From: Myxococcales bacterium
Lineage (GTDB): Bacteria > Myxococcota_A > Polyangia > Polyangiales > DASUME01
Assembly: GCA_047601445.1 (NCBI GenBank)
Contig: JASGJH010000001.1
Coordinates: 3,968,001-4,032,000, forward strand
DNA length: 64,000 nt
Direction: 5' to 3'
Made by a program: the position numbers and the translations under genes. Of this stretch, positions 40,283-50,318 are shown one piece after another. Within the stretch, counting starts at the first letter, position 1; every line of letters begins with the position of its first letter. The notes below the pieces were generated by a model. That model saw only the letters and a program-made list of their open reading frames with translations, did no database searches and had not been told where the DNA came from.

Positions 40283-41370
40283 CTTGGTATGCACAGAAGG
40301 GCGATCGCGAGCTGGGGCCCATGACCATCGAAGCGCTGAAAGCCCTGGTGGCCTCGGGCGAGCTCGCCGCGTCGGCGCCGGTGAGGAAGTCCGAGGAAGG
40401 CACCTGGAGCAGCACGGCCCAGGCGGTCCTCGCGAGCTCGGGCTCCACACCCATCTCCGTCGTACGGCAGTCCGTCGAGCTCGCAGGTCCCTGGGCGCGC
40501 TACTTCGCCCGCATGATGGACATGCTCGTGGGCGTGTTCTTGATCTCCTTCCTGCTCGGCGCCATCGCGCCCAGCATGTTCCAGCCTGACGCGTTCTTCG
40601 GCGGGCAAAGCGGCGGCCAGCGCCTGTTTCTGTTGATCATGCCACTCGTGATGGTGGTGGAGGCCGGCCTCTACGCGCTCTTCGGCACCACGCCCGGAAA
40701 GGCATTGGTGGGCCTGCAGCTGCGCGGCGCCCAGGGCCGCATTCCTTTCCTCACCTACCTGCGTCGCAACGCCAGTATCTGGTGGTTCGGTCTGGGCACC
40801 GGCTTTCCACTCGCGTCGCTGATCACGCTCGCGATTGCGCACAAGAAAGCGAAGAACGGCGAACCCATGCGCTGGGACGTCAAGCTCGGCACCAGCGTGG
40901 TGCGCACGTCGACGAGCCTGTGGCGGCCTGCGCTGGCTGGGATGCTCTTCCTGGCACTCTCGGCCTACGGCGCCTGGACTAGCTTCCAGGAGAAGATGGC
41001 TCGCCTCAATCCCACCAGTGCGCCGGTCGATCCGCTTCAACCCCTGCGCAGCATCGCGGCCGAGGTCAACAAGCTCGCTCCCCTGATGGTGGATCCCGAG
41101 ACCCGTCTCGACGGCTGCGAAGCCAGTGCGGGTCCTATCTTCAAGTACAAGTACACCGTGCTGAGCATGACCGCGGGTCAGGTGAACACAGAGACCTTCG
41201 ACGGCATCCTACGCAACCAGCTGCTGCCCACCGTCTGCGGCAACGATCTCAAGCCCGTGCGCGACCTTGGCGCGACCATCATCTACGAGTATGCCGACAA
41301 GCAGGGCGCCCCGCTCACGAGCATCACGTTTCCTCCCTCGGACTGCGCGGCCGTCGCCTCGGGCAAGTAG
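40279..41370 (+). CDS. GYF_2 + RDD family membrane protein with C-terminal periplasmic domain
   Basis: ATGA overlap; WYAQKG..LGP; PWARYFARMMD, GTTPGKALVGL, WD..GTSVV; C-terminal PLMVDPETRLD. Confidence 0.8.
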   Translation: MTWYAQKGDRELGPMTIEALKALVASGELAASAPVRKSEEGTWSSTAQAVLASSGSTPISVVRQSVELAGPWARYFARMMDMLVGVFLISFLLGAIAPSMFQPDAFFGGQSGGQRLFLLIMPLVMVVEAGLYALFGTTPGKALVGLQLRGAQGRIPFLTYLRRNASIWWFGLGTGFPLASLITLAIAHKKAKNGEPMRWDVKLGTSVVRTSTSLWRPALAGMLFLALSAYGAWTSFQEKMARLNPTSAPVDPLQPLRSIAAEVNKLAPLMVDPETRLDGCEASAGPIFKYKYTVLSMTAGQVNTETFDGILRNQLLPTVCGNDLKPVRDLGATIIYEYADKQGAPLTSITFPPSDCAAVASGK

Positions 41371-41377
41371 CGCCTAC

Positions 41378-42616
41378 TCAGTTGGTGTCGCACGCCGAGA
41401 GAGAGCGCACGCCCTGCCCCGCCGCGTTGGCTTCACACAAGTTGGCGTATTGCTGGTTGTTGCACCCGCACACGGGCAAGTAGATGTCGTCGCAGCCCTC
41501 GGGGCGTGGCAGGCACACGGCAGTGGCGTCGGCGGATCCGCAGCTCCAGCCTGGCATATAGGCGCAGTATTCATCGGCGCCGCATGGGCCTCCCTCGAGC
41601 CCGCCGCATCGCTTGTACTCGATCTGCTCGCAGCCCGCGTACTCCGTCTCGCACGCCTCCATCGTGGCAAAACTGCGAGCGCAGTCGGGTCCCTCGCAGG
41701 TGCAGCTAGTCTGGGCCTTACACGTGCCCGACTCGCGATAGAAGCGTGCGGGGGACGGCGCGCAGCGGCCATCGATGGTCACGGCCTGCCCCCAACAGAA
41801 CTTCGCGGAGAGCTCGCAACACAGCCCCCCTTCGATGAAGCCGTCGATCGTCCCCAGCGCCTCGCGTCCTGGACCACAGCCAGCGTCGAGCAAGCGGCCG
41901 TCGCCTGGATCGGCAAGCGCGATGCCACCCGCGGCCTGGCACGCCTCCAGCGTCAATAGCGGCAGGTCCGAAGGATCGAACGACCTCACGTCCCAAGTCG
42001 CAACCGTGGGCCCCATGCCCACGGCGCTGCCCGTGGTGAACTCCTCCGAGATCGAACCGGAGAACGCATCGCTGCCCAGGTTCAGCCCGAAATACACCGC
42101 CGAGAGCTTCCCGTCCTCGGTCCCCTGCCGCACGTAGTCCCCGTGTAGCTCGCTCGTCTTGAGGTGAACGTACGTGCTCAGCGAGCCGCCCTCGCCACAG
42201 CCGCCCTCGAAGGCCACGTGCGGAAACTGCTCGTCCACCCGCCCGTCGGTGGTCTTCACGCTCAGGCGAGACTCTACGCGCAGTCGGTCGTCGCAGTGAA
42301 CCGGAACGTCGAGCGTGAACTTGGGGTCCTGCCTGCTCTTCACCTTCACGACCTTGACCTGCGAGGTGCTCACCGCGAGTTCCGTGCTGGAGCCATCCCG
42401 CCACTGAATCTGGGCCTTCCGCTCGCCACTGGCGAGGTCGAGCAGCGCCTGGGCGTCTTTTCCCTCGAGGGTGGTCGCATCTGGGGTGACCGCGCTGGTG
42501 GTCTCAATGCAGCCCTGGCGAGCAAACGAGCTCTCCTCGTTACCTCCAGGTCCCTGCCCGCCCCCATCCCCGCATGCCACAGCCAGCGCCAAAAGTGCGA
42601 TCCACCGTGCTTCCAT
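41378..42616 (-). CDS. Lipoprotein with Kunitz-like and Kazal-type protease inhibitor domains
   Basis: Lipobox LAVAC; GRC...RFY..C..C.G..F.T.EAC; CDDIYLPVCGCNNQQYANLC. Confidence 0.75.
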   Translation of the reverse strand: MEARWIALLALAVACGDGGGQGPGGNEESSFARQGCIETTSAVTPDATTLEGKDAQALLDLASGERKAQIQWRDGSSTELAVSTSQVKVVKVKSRQDPKFTLDVPVHCDDRLRVESRLSVKTTDGRVDEQFPHVAFEGGCGEGGSLSTYVHLKTSELHGDYVRQGTEDGKLSAVYFGLNLGSDAFSGSISEEFTTGSAVGMGPTVATWDVRSFDPSDLPLLTLEACQAAGGIALADPGDGRLLDAGCGPGREALGTIDGFIEGGLCCELSAKFCWGQAVTIDGRCAPSPARFYRESGTCKAQTSCTCEGPDCARSFATMEACETEYAGCEQIEYKRCGGLEGGPCGADEYCAYMPGWSCGSADATAVCLPRPEGCDDIYLPVCGCNNQQYANLCEANAAGQGVRSLSACDTN

Positions 42617-42690
42617 GACTTCTCCTGTGCGCCAGATTGTGCCACTCGCGAGGGCCGCAGGCCTCGCGGCGTCGCCTGGAGGGGGAGTCG

Positions 42691-42707
42691 AGCATTCGCC
42701 GTGCCAA
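42691..42707 (-). promoter_or_regulatory. Putative sigma-54 promoter TTGGCACGGCGAATGCT
   Basis: GG-N10-GC with TGGCACG, ~75 nt upstream of the inhibitor lipoprotein start. Confidence 0.6.
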
Positions 42708-43071
42708 TACCTTGCTCAGGAGGATCCAGCGATGAGGATAGGGTCCGAGGGCTTCGCTCAACGCGTACAGCCAGCACTCATTGGTCTCCACTAGACCCAC
42801 AAGTCTCTGGGCGCCGTTCCTGGATCAACGCTGCGAGGTCTTCGTGCCGACGATTCGCCGCATGCACATTCGCCACGAGCCATGAAGCGAGCACGGCATG
42901 TGGGCGCTCTCCCTCGAAGCCCGCGTGCGACAACACCCGAAAGCCCGCGCGTTGGGTCTTGAGCTCGTCAGGAGCACTCTCGTCCTGCACCGAGTGCGTG
43001 CGCCGCCCGTTCTCGGCGGGATTGCACGCGCACGCGCAAGGGCCCCGCAACCCTGCACGTGGCGTGTCCGC

Positions 43072-43596
43072 TCAGAATGCAGAGTGTCCGGGCGTGCCGG
43101 CCGAGAGCTGATCGACGGTCACGCTGCCGCTCGACTCGTGGAGGCTCTCTGCTTGCCGGAGGATTTTCTTGGCAGCGGCGTGATCGGTGGAGGTGATCGA
43201 GATGTGCGTCATGTGGCCCTTGGAACGAACGGCGACGCTATCCACGCCCTGCACGCGCAACGGATCCACCGAGGCATCCGGGCCAGTGCCCTTTCGTGCA
43301 TGGCAGCTGAGCTCGCGCTGCATGTACGCGTCGTGCATGCCGGGCTGGGCGGGAATCTGGATCTCGGCGCCCGCGACGTACTCGGGCTGGATGGCGCGCG
43401 CGATGAACTCCTTGCGATAGAGCGCGCGGACCTTCTTGATGTTGCCGGGCGCATAGAGCGCCGCGACGGCGTCACCGCTCACGTTCGTGCAATCGACCCA
43501 AGCGAGCTGGGATGGCTGGGAGCGCTTTTGGGTCCCGGCGCAGGCGGCCAACAGCAGCACCGAGCCCAGGGCCAACGAGGCTGTCTTCGTACGCAT
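43072..43596 (-). CDS. Hypothetical lipoprotein
   Basis: RBS AAAGGAG, lipobox LAAC. Confidence 0.7.
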   Translation of the reverse strand: MRTKTASLALGSVLLLAACAGTQKRSQPSQLAWVDCTNVSGDAVAALYAPGNIKKVRALYRKEFIARAIQPEYVAGAEIQIPAQPGMHDAYMQRELSCHARKGTGPDASVDPLRVQGVDSVAVRSKGHMTHISITSTDHAAAKKILRQAESLHESSGSVTVDQLSAGTPGHSAF

Positions 43597-43788
43597 GGCT
43601 TCTCCTTTCTGGAGATCATTGCCAACTAAAGTCGTTGATGTTTCTCAACTGTTTCTAGCGTACCGACTGGGCTGGCGCCGACAAGGCTCATTTCGCAAAT
43701 TCTGGCCTACTTTCCAGCAGGTATCCAAACGCGTCATTTGGAACCCCGCCGAAATCAGGAGGAAAACGCGAGTTGCTTCCCTAGAGGG

Positions 43789-44562
43789 ATGCGCCTGACC
43801 CACCGCCTCCATGGGCTGAGCAAGGCCTCCTTCTTTGGCGTCACCTCCGCCGCCGTCCATGGCGGGCTGGCGCTGGCGTTCCCGACGTTGCCTCCCGCGG
43901 CCGAAACAGCGCCAACGCCCACGGTGGTTTGGCTGACTGCGGCGGACACGGGGACGGGGGCCGGCGAGCAAGAGAGGGCATCTTCGATGGCGCCCGCTTC
44001 TACACCCGCTCCTGTCGCGGCTCATGCGCCACGCCGTCAGCATAAGGTCGAGCGCGTCGCGCATCGCGTGCCCACCGACGAGGTCAGCCCGGCCCACGCG
44101 CGCGAAAGCACGGAGGAGCAGCACGAGCCAGCCATCGCATCGAACCTCTCGAGCGAAGAGGGCACCTCCGACGTCGGTCCATCAGCTGCGGCTGGCAATC
44201 TCAGTGGCCTCGGATCGGGCGCTGGAGCGGCCACGGGCGCCGCGGGTGATGGTACGACGGGTACGGGCGCTGGAGCAGGCCTCGCGCATGGACCTGGTCT
44301 CATCGCGCGCGGCAGCCCCTGTCATCGCTACTTCCCCGTCAACGCGCGTGCCGACGCTGGTGAAGTGCAGATCGAAGTGAGCGTGGACGAACACGGACGC
44401 GCCCACGCCAGCAACGTGCTCGTCGAGATGCCCAAGGGACATGGCTTCGCGTCGGCTGCCAGCGCCTGCGTCGCAGAGCTGCGCTTCGATCCCGCACTCA
44501 CGCAAGACGGCGCGCAGGTGGCAGGACGCGCGAAGCTGCGTCTGCGCTTCCGCCGCAGCTAG
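43789..44562 (+). CDS. TonB-like energy transducer
   Basis: N-terminal TM with SAAVH, low-complexity linker, C-terminal FP..AR..GEV.IEVSVDEHGR..GHGF..A..LRFDPA. Confidence 0.75.
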   Translation: MRLTHRLHGLSKASFFGVTSAAVHGGLALAFPTLPPAAETAPTPTVVWLTAADTGTGAGEQERASSMAPASTPAPVAAHAPRRQHKVERVAHRVPTDEVSPAHARESTEEQHEPAIASNLSSEEGTSDVGPSAAAGNLSGLGSGAGAATGAAGDGTTGTGAGAGLAHGPGLIARGSPCHRYFPVNARADAGEVQIEVSVDEHGRAHASNVLVEMPKGHGFASAASACVAELRFDPALTQDGAQVAGRAKLRLRFRRS

Positions 44563-44841
44563 GCATCTGTCCAACCAATTGTCGTCTGGGTCCATACGCG
44601 CGAGAGCTGTTACCGCGCCCACAGGCCCGTTGACATGTGGGACCGCGAGCCACACGAAATCGCGCCAAATTCGCGCAAAACGCGGCCCATTCGAGGCTTT
44701 CTTCGGAGCGCTCTGACCCGCGCTTCGCATGCGTGCGCTCTGTCCCGGAGCCGGCGCGCGCAACTTGTGTCCGTATTCGCGACATGCGGCCGGCGTTTTG
44801 TGGTTAGCCTGACCCGCCTTTCTCGCATGGAGCGCATCACG

Positions 44842-46842
44842 ATGAATCGACCCCTCCTGGGCTTCGGCTTGCTCTGCTCGTTCTCCCTCGCGTGCAGCGA
44901 TGCAGATCCAACGCCGGGCGAGTGTCATGACTGCACACCGCAGATGGACGCTGGCGATGCTGTCGAGGACGGCGGCAACATGCAGACTGGCGACGGGGAT
45001 TCCGACACGCCCACTCAGGATGCGGGCCTCGAGAACGACGCAGGAAGTGCACCGGATGCAGGCCACACCTGGCCCACGGGGCCGATTCGTCCGAGGCGCT
45101 TTCACATCGCCGATCCCACGGTGAAGCAAGGCCCGTGTGCGAACGGCGGGAACGGCAGCCTGACCGGACACGAGGTGTTGCTCGGGCAAACTCACCTGAC
45201 GCCCAAGGATTGGCCCTTTCAAACCGTGTCCGCGCAGCGTCCGCTCACGGTGGCCATCGCCGCTAGCGGCAACGGCGCCGCGCCGAGCTTTCAGGCCACG
45301 GTTCAAAAGGGGAGCGACAAGTTGGTGCTGTGTCTGGAAGGGCCGAGCACGCTGCCTGCAGACGCGAGTGATCTCGAGAAAAGCCTGTACCGCACCACGC
45401 TGCCGGCAGCGTGGGTGGTGCCGGGCATCAGCGTGCGCGTCGAGGGCCCGGGCGTCGACGAGACGCTGACACCGAGCGTGCAGCCGGAGAACGGACTCAC
45501 CGTGTACTACGTGCAAGCCAAGCTATTTGGCGCGGGAGATCCTGGTGATGCGCCATCCGATGCGCAGTGGACCGAATTCCTGGCACGCCTCCCGGTGAGC
45601 TTTCTCGACGTGGGCGTGAATCCCTTCGGTGTGTGGCAGCCGGAGAAGTTGCTGCTCAACGCGCGCGATGACGGGCGCACGCCGAACGGAGACACCACGA
45701 GTCACCCGGCCATCGTGATCGACGAGAACCCCCACTGCAGCAACAGCGACAAGACGAACGGCACCTGCACCACGCAGTCCGGCTACGGCGTGATGGCAGG
45801 TGTGCTGAACACCCTGGACACGTTCCGCGAAGCCAACGGCGTCGGCGGCAGCTCGACCTGGTTTGCATACCTGGCGGTGGCGCTGGGCGGCGGCCTCGCA
45901 GGAGGACAGCGCGGCACCGGTGACGACGCGGACCTCACGATGAACCACGAGCTCGGCCATGCCTGGGGCTTCCCGCACTGGGCGGCGGACGACACCGAGT
46001 ATCCCTACGAGGGCGTACAACGCGACCGCGGCGGGTTCGGCGACCGCTGGGGCTTCGATCAGGCGCGCAGCTTGTTGCTGTCGCCGCTCTGCAAGGGGCT
46101 CGAGCGCCAGAGCCCCATGCAACGCGCGGGGTCGTGCGTGCCGCAGGGGTCCTGGTACGACCCGTACTCCGACTACGAGGCCATGCGCCTGTTGCGAATG
46201 AACCTGGGCGCGAGCCAGGCCATCACTGGCAACGTGCCCTATCACGGCGGAACCGAGAATAGCCTCGAGCGGGCCTTCACACTGCAAAAGGAGGACGGTC
46301 GCGGGCATATGGAGTTCCACGCGGACGCGGCCGGCTTCACGCTCCAGCGCTTCGATGAGTCCACCCATGCGTACGAGGACGTCGCCCCCGACGACTGGAA
46401 CCGTGTGCTCGAATCCGAGGTCCCGGTGACCATGTTCGCCGGTGCGCTCATCATGGGCGGTGAGAACTTCTTCGAGAAGCCCGTGAACTACGTGGGCAAT
46501 GTGTTGGCCCACCTCAATCCCACGGTGAGCGAAGACTACGCGTACGTCTACGCGCATCGCTCGAGCGACTTCTACTGGGCCAGCGATCTGATGCTGCGCT
46601 TCACCTTGGACGACCAGACGAGCTTCACTCGGATGTACGGCGGCGAGGCCAAGCTGCGAGCCGCGGGTGATTTGGCGCGCTTCGCGTTCAATCTGCCGCA
46701 AGACGTGGGCAAGCGCGTGACCAAGCTCGAGATCTTGAGTCGCCCGCTCGGCCAGTACGACCAGAACTCACGTTTGAGTGCGAGCGACTCGGCCAGCAAC
46801 TACCTTCAGAACGCGACGGTGCTCGCTACCTGGAAGCCCTGA
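44842..46842 (+). CDS. Metzincin metalloprotease lipoprotein (peptidase M66/StcE-TagA-like)
   Basis: Lipobox SLAC; HELGHAWGFPH; TTLPAAWVVPG, LPVS, WGFD, SPM Met-turn. Confidence 0.78.
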   Translation: MNRPLLGFGLLCSFSLACSDADPTPGECHDCTPQMDAGDAVEDGGNMQTGDGDSDTPTQDAGLENDAGSAPDAGHTWPTGPIRPRRFHIADPTVKQGPCANGGNGSLTGHEVLLGQTHLTPKDWPFQTVSAQRPLTVAIAASGNGAAPSFQATVQKGSDKLVLCLEGPSTLPADASDLEKSLYRTTLPAAWVVPGISVRVEGPGVDETLTPSVQPENGLTVYYVQAKLFGAGDPGDAPSDAQWTEFLARLPVSFLDVGVNPFGVWQPEKLLLNARDDGRTPNGDTTSHPAIVIDENPHCSNSDKTNGTCTTQSGYGVMAGVLNTLDTFREANGVGGSSTWFAYLAVALGGGLAGGQRGTGDDADLTMNHELGHAWGFPHWAADDTEYPYEGVQRDRGGFGDRWGFDQARSLLLSPLCKGLERQSPMQRAGSCVPQGSWYDPYSDYEAMRLLRMNLGASQAITGNVPYHGGTENSLERAFTLQKEDGRGHMEFHADAAGFTLQRFDESTHAYEDVAPDDWNRVLESEVPVTMFAGALIMGGENFFEKPVNYVGNVLAHLNPTVSEDYAYVYAHRSSDFYWASDLMLRFTLDDQTSFTRMYGGEAKLRAAGDLARFAFNLPQDVGKRVTKLEILSRPLGQYDQNSRLSASDSASNYLQNATVLATWKP

Positions 46843-46862
46843 ACGGATCCTGAGCGCGACAC

Positions 46863-47702
46863 CTACTGGAACGCGAGCTCCATGAGCATGCACTCCGGCG
46901 CACCCGCTGCGACGCGATAGGCCGCGGGATCGACGCCCTTGCTGACCACCAGCGTGTCGGCGGCGAGCGCCTGATCCCCGACCATGCAGGATCCCTGAAG
47001 GATCAAGAGCACGTTGGCCTGGAGATCGAGCGGCCCCGCTTGCGGCTTCACCAGGCGACTGCGCATGCCGCCGCTCTCGACGAGCGGCAGGGCGTAGCAG
47101 AGGCTCCCGTCCGCACAGGGCACGAACGGCAGCTGGGCGTAGTCCGCGCCGATCTTGACGCTCTCGTAGGGCACGATGTCTTCGGTGCGCTTGAAGTCCG
47201 GCGGCGCCGCGTACGAGAGCAAGAAGAGTCCCGAGCTGTCGAAGACGTTGTGGCCGCTGCCCGGGGGATTGAAATAGAAGCTGCCCTTGCCGTAGGTGCC
47301 CTTGGCGTCCGATTGACTGCCTTCGATCACGAAGATGGACTCGGTCTTGTCGTGATAGTGGAGCGGCACGGCTCCTGGCTTCCCTTCGGCGCCATACCAC
47401 AGCACGCTCACGTGACGTGACTCCGGTGTGCCGCTGAGGATGAGCTTCTTCACGCCCGGCCGGAAGTCGAACCAGTCGTAATTGGCCGTGTCACTACGCA
47501 GGCTCGAGAGCGCGATCACGGTGGCCTCGGCGAGTGCGCTCGGTGCCACGACGGCGGGCTCTTCGGCCATCTTCTCCTCCAGCTTGGCGGATGGTTCCTG
47601 GACTGCCTTGACCTGCGGTGCGGTGGCGCAGCCGCCCAGGGACATCCAGAGCCAATAGCCAAGGCACGCGACCCAGCTCGCCTCAGGCGCGACTTTCCCC
47701 AT
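46863..47702 (-). CDS. Cupin (ChrR-like) domain protein, probably exported
   Basis: VPLHYH..E.IFVIEGSQSD..G..NPPGSGH; possible lipobox LGGC. Confidence 0.75.
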   Translation of the reverse strand: MGKVAPEASWVACLGYWLWMSLGGCATAPQVKAVQEPSAKLEEKMAEEPAVVAPSALAEATVIALSSLRSDTANYDWFDFRPGVKKLILSGTPESRHVSVLWYGAEGKPGAVPLHYHDKTESIFVIEGSQSDAKGTYGKGSFYFNPPGSGHNVFDSSGLFLLSYAAPPDFKRTEDIVPYESVKIGADYAQLPFVPCADGSLCYALPLVESGGMRSRLVKPQAGPLDLQANVLLILQGSCMVGDQALAADTLVVSKGVDPAAYRVAAGAPECMLMELAFQ

Positions 47703-48069
47703 GTGTGAAGCCCTCTCCGTTGCGCACGTTCGGCGTGCTCGAAGGCCTATATCAGAGCCATCACGGCCACGCTGCTCGTGAACGAGGCCTCGCGCGCGCT
47801 CGCAGTGCGATTGCTGATGGCCCGTGTTTCTCGGCGGAAACGCGGGGCTTTCTCGTCTTTCTGGGCGCTGCGTTTTCACCTCTCCGAAAACTCGTCGCAA
47901 CGCTCGGCGAGGAGAGCATCGAGCGCGTGGCTTGGTCGCCAAGTGGACACGGCATGCGCCACGCTGCCGGCATACGAGGCCGAAGCCTGACTTCTCACAT
48001 GGCATTCAGGATGGCGCTACGTTCAGAGAAGTCGCCAGCCCGCTCTGAAGTTTGGTCTAATCCGTCTCG

Positions 48070-48483
48070 ATGAACGAACTCGCGAGAACGTCCCAAGCTC
48101 AAGCTGTCTTCTCCCACATTCTGCGCGCGTCGGCCTTCGCCGCGCTGCTCTTCTCGACTGCGTGCGGTGACTCCGGGAGTGACGGACCACCCGCGCAACA
48201 GGTGGAGGACATGTCCGGTCGCAGCTGCTCGGTCCAGGACGCGTTCACTGTGTCCTGTGATGTGGATCCGATGCCCACGGGCGGTTGTCAGACCGGCGAA
48301 ACGGCGTGCTTTCAGCTCGGAACCACGGGCGATGCTTCCGGGCCGGGCGCCATCTGCGCGGCCTGCTGCAAGGGCAATACGAGCCGCAGCATCGCCGCTG
48401 ATTGCGTCAATCTCGTCTGCTCCACGGCGGACGACTGCCCGCCCGAGTACGGCCGCTGTGTCAGCAGCATCTGTCGATACTGA
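48070..48483 (+). CDS. Small Cys-rich lipoprotein
   Basis: Lipobox FSTAC; many Cys in mature part. Confidence 0.7.
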   Translation: MNELARTSQAQAVFSHILRASAFAALLFSTACGDSGSDGPPAQQVEDMSGRSCSVQDAFTVSCDVDPMPTGGCQTGETACFQLGTTGDASGPGAICAACCKGNTSRSIAADCVNLVCSTADDCPPEYGRCVSSICRY

Positions 48484-48835
48484 CTTGAAACCACGACAGG
48501 TCGCGCGACTCGCTGCCGTCTGCAAGCAGCCTTGCGCGTAAGCTCGATGCACGGCGCGTGAGTGTCGTTGGCGGTTGGACCTCTCGTTAGCGACCGCTGT
48601 TCGACCGAGTGCGCCAATCAGCGCTTCTGGAGGCAGCGTCAGCTCGCCGTGTGGCGGAGCGCGCCTTCGCGAGTGCGCCGTGCGCCCGCGCCGGCGCACC
48701 GAATTCCGTCCTTACGGCCCACTCTTGCGGATGGCTCCGTCGAGCCTACGAAGGGGAACATTACGGAGGCCCGAGCTCGAGACCGGCCGGGCGAGTGTGA
48801 CCGTCGCTTCATCGTCTATCCGCGGAGGAAGAATC

Positions 48836-49618
48836 ATGGGCATCGCTGGAGGCACCACGAGCACCGAAACGCGCAGCCCGGCCGGCCACCGCAAGCCCGA
48901 ACTCCTCGGTCAAACGGTCGCCGTCATCGGTGGCAGCGCGGGCATCGGCCTCGAGACGGCGCGACGCGCGCACGCCGAGGGCGCCAAGCTCATCGTCACG
49001 GGTCGCAACCACGAGCGCTTGCTGCAGGCGGCGCGCGAGCTCGACACGCTGAACACGGCGGCGTTCGACGCCAACAACGCGGCTCACCTCGAGCGCTTCT
49101 TCAAAGACTTGCCCTGCCGACTCGACCACCTGATGGTGACCGCGGGGAAACCTTACTACGCACGCCTGAATGAGATGGACTTCGTCCATGTGCGTCGTGC
49201 GATCGACGAGCACCTGTTGTTGCTCCTGCAGGTGGCTCGGCACGCGAGCGAAAAGATTCGACCGGGCGGCACGCTGATCTTCATGGGCGGCACGGGCGCT
49301 CGCCGCCCTGCCCCGGGGCTCTCGGTGATCGCGGCACTCACCGCGGCACTCCCGGCGCTGGTCCAAAATCTCGCCCTCGAGCTCGCCCCGGTTCGCGTCA
49401 ACTTGATCGCGGCTGGCTTCGTCGACACTCCGCTCTCGGCGGCGCTGCTCGGTGACCAGCTCGACGCGCGGCGCACTCAACTGCGCTCCACGCTTCCGAT
49501 CCAACGCGTTGTCATGCCTGCCGATGTGGCGGCCCTCGCCGTGCACTTGATGGCAAACACGGCCCTCACGGGCGCGACCTTCGACGTGGACGGGGGCCAG
49601 CAGCTGATCGTGAGCTAA
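48836..49618 (+). CDS. SDR family oxidoreductase (atypical)
   Basis: RBS GGAGG; IGGSAGIG, ELAPVRVN, TGATFDVDGG; no YxxxK. Confidence 0.88.
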   Translation: MGIAGGTTSTETRSPAGHRKPELLGQTVAVIGGSAGIGLETARRAHAEGAKLIVTGRNHERLLQAARELDTLNTAAFDANNAAHLERFFKDLPCRLDHLMVTAGKPYYARLNEMDFVHVRRAIDEHLLLLLQVARHASEKIRPGGTLIFMGGTGARRPAPGLSVIAALTAALPALVQNLALELAPVRVNLIAAGFVDTPLSAALLGDQLDARRTQLRSTLPIQRVVMPADVAALAVHLMANTALTGATFDVDGGQQLIVS

Positions 49619-49771
49619 GCAACCGCGGCCCCAGACCTTGGAAGCTAGCTCACCAGAAGTGCGTGGAAGAGCTCACCCGACGGAATTTTCCAACCACAGG
49701 CTAAAACACCCTCCATTCAACGGAGCGTCCCGGTTCCGGCCATTTCGTCTCGAACGCTTAGGAGGCGCGAG

Positions 49772-50272
49772 ATGAAAATCACTGGAAAGAAGTTGGTGTT
49801 GTCCCTCTGGCTGTGCGTCGCGGCGCTCATCGTCGCGCCTGCCTGCGGAAGCAGCGGCGGCGGTGCCAAGGAAGCCAGCAGTGCCTTGACCAACGACACC
49901 GACGACGATGCCGACGGCGAGATCGACGAGGCCGGTGAGGGCACCGACAACGACGAGGACGGCAAGACCGACGAGGCCGGCGAAGACGCTGACGACGGCG
50001 ACGACAACGACAGCGACGGCGAGGTCGACGAGGCGGGCGAGGACTGCGACGAGCACGGCGGCGAGCACGGCAAGGGCGGCGACGACGACGACGGCGTCGA
50101 TGATGACAGCGATGGCCGCATGGACGAGGGCGGAGAGCACGAAGGCAAGCACGGCGACCACGGCGGCGATCGCGGTGACGACGACGGCGACGACGAGGAC
50201 GACGCGGACGACGACGACGACGAGTCGGACGACGACGACGCGGACGGCGGCGCAGAGTCCGACGACGACTGA
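49772..50272 (+). CDS. Highly acidic lipoprotein with DxDxDGxxDE repeats
   Basis: RBS AGGAGG, lipobox VAPAC; four DxDxDGxxDE units; His-Gly segments; poly-Asp tail. Confidence 0.75.
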   Translation: MKITGKKLVLSLWLCVAALIVAPACGSSGGGAKEASSALTNDTDDDADGEIDEAGEGTDNDEDGKTDEAGEDADDGDDNDSDGEVDEAGEDCDEHGGEHGKGGDDDDGVDDDSDGRMDEGGEHEGKHGDHGGDRGDDDGDDEDDADDDDDESDDDDADGGAESDDD

Positions 50273-50318
50273 GGCCCGGAGAACCCGGCGAGCGCTGGCG
50301 AGGGGCTACACTCGGCCC

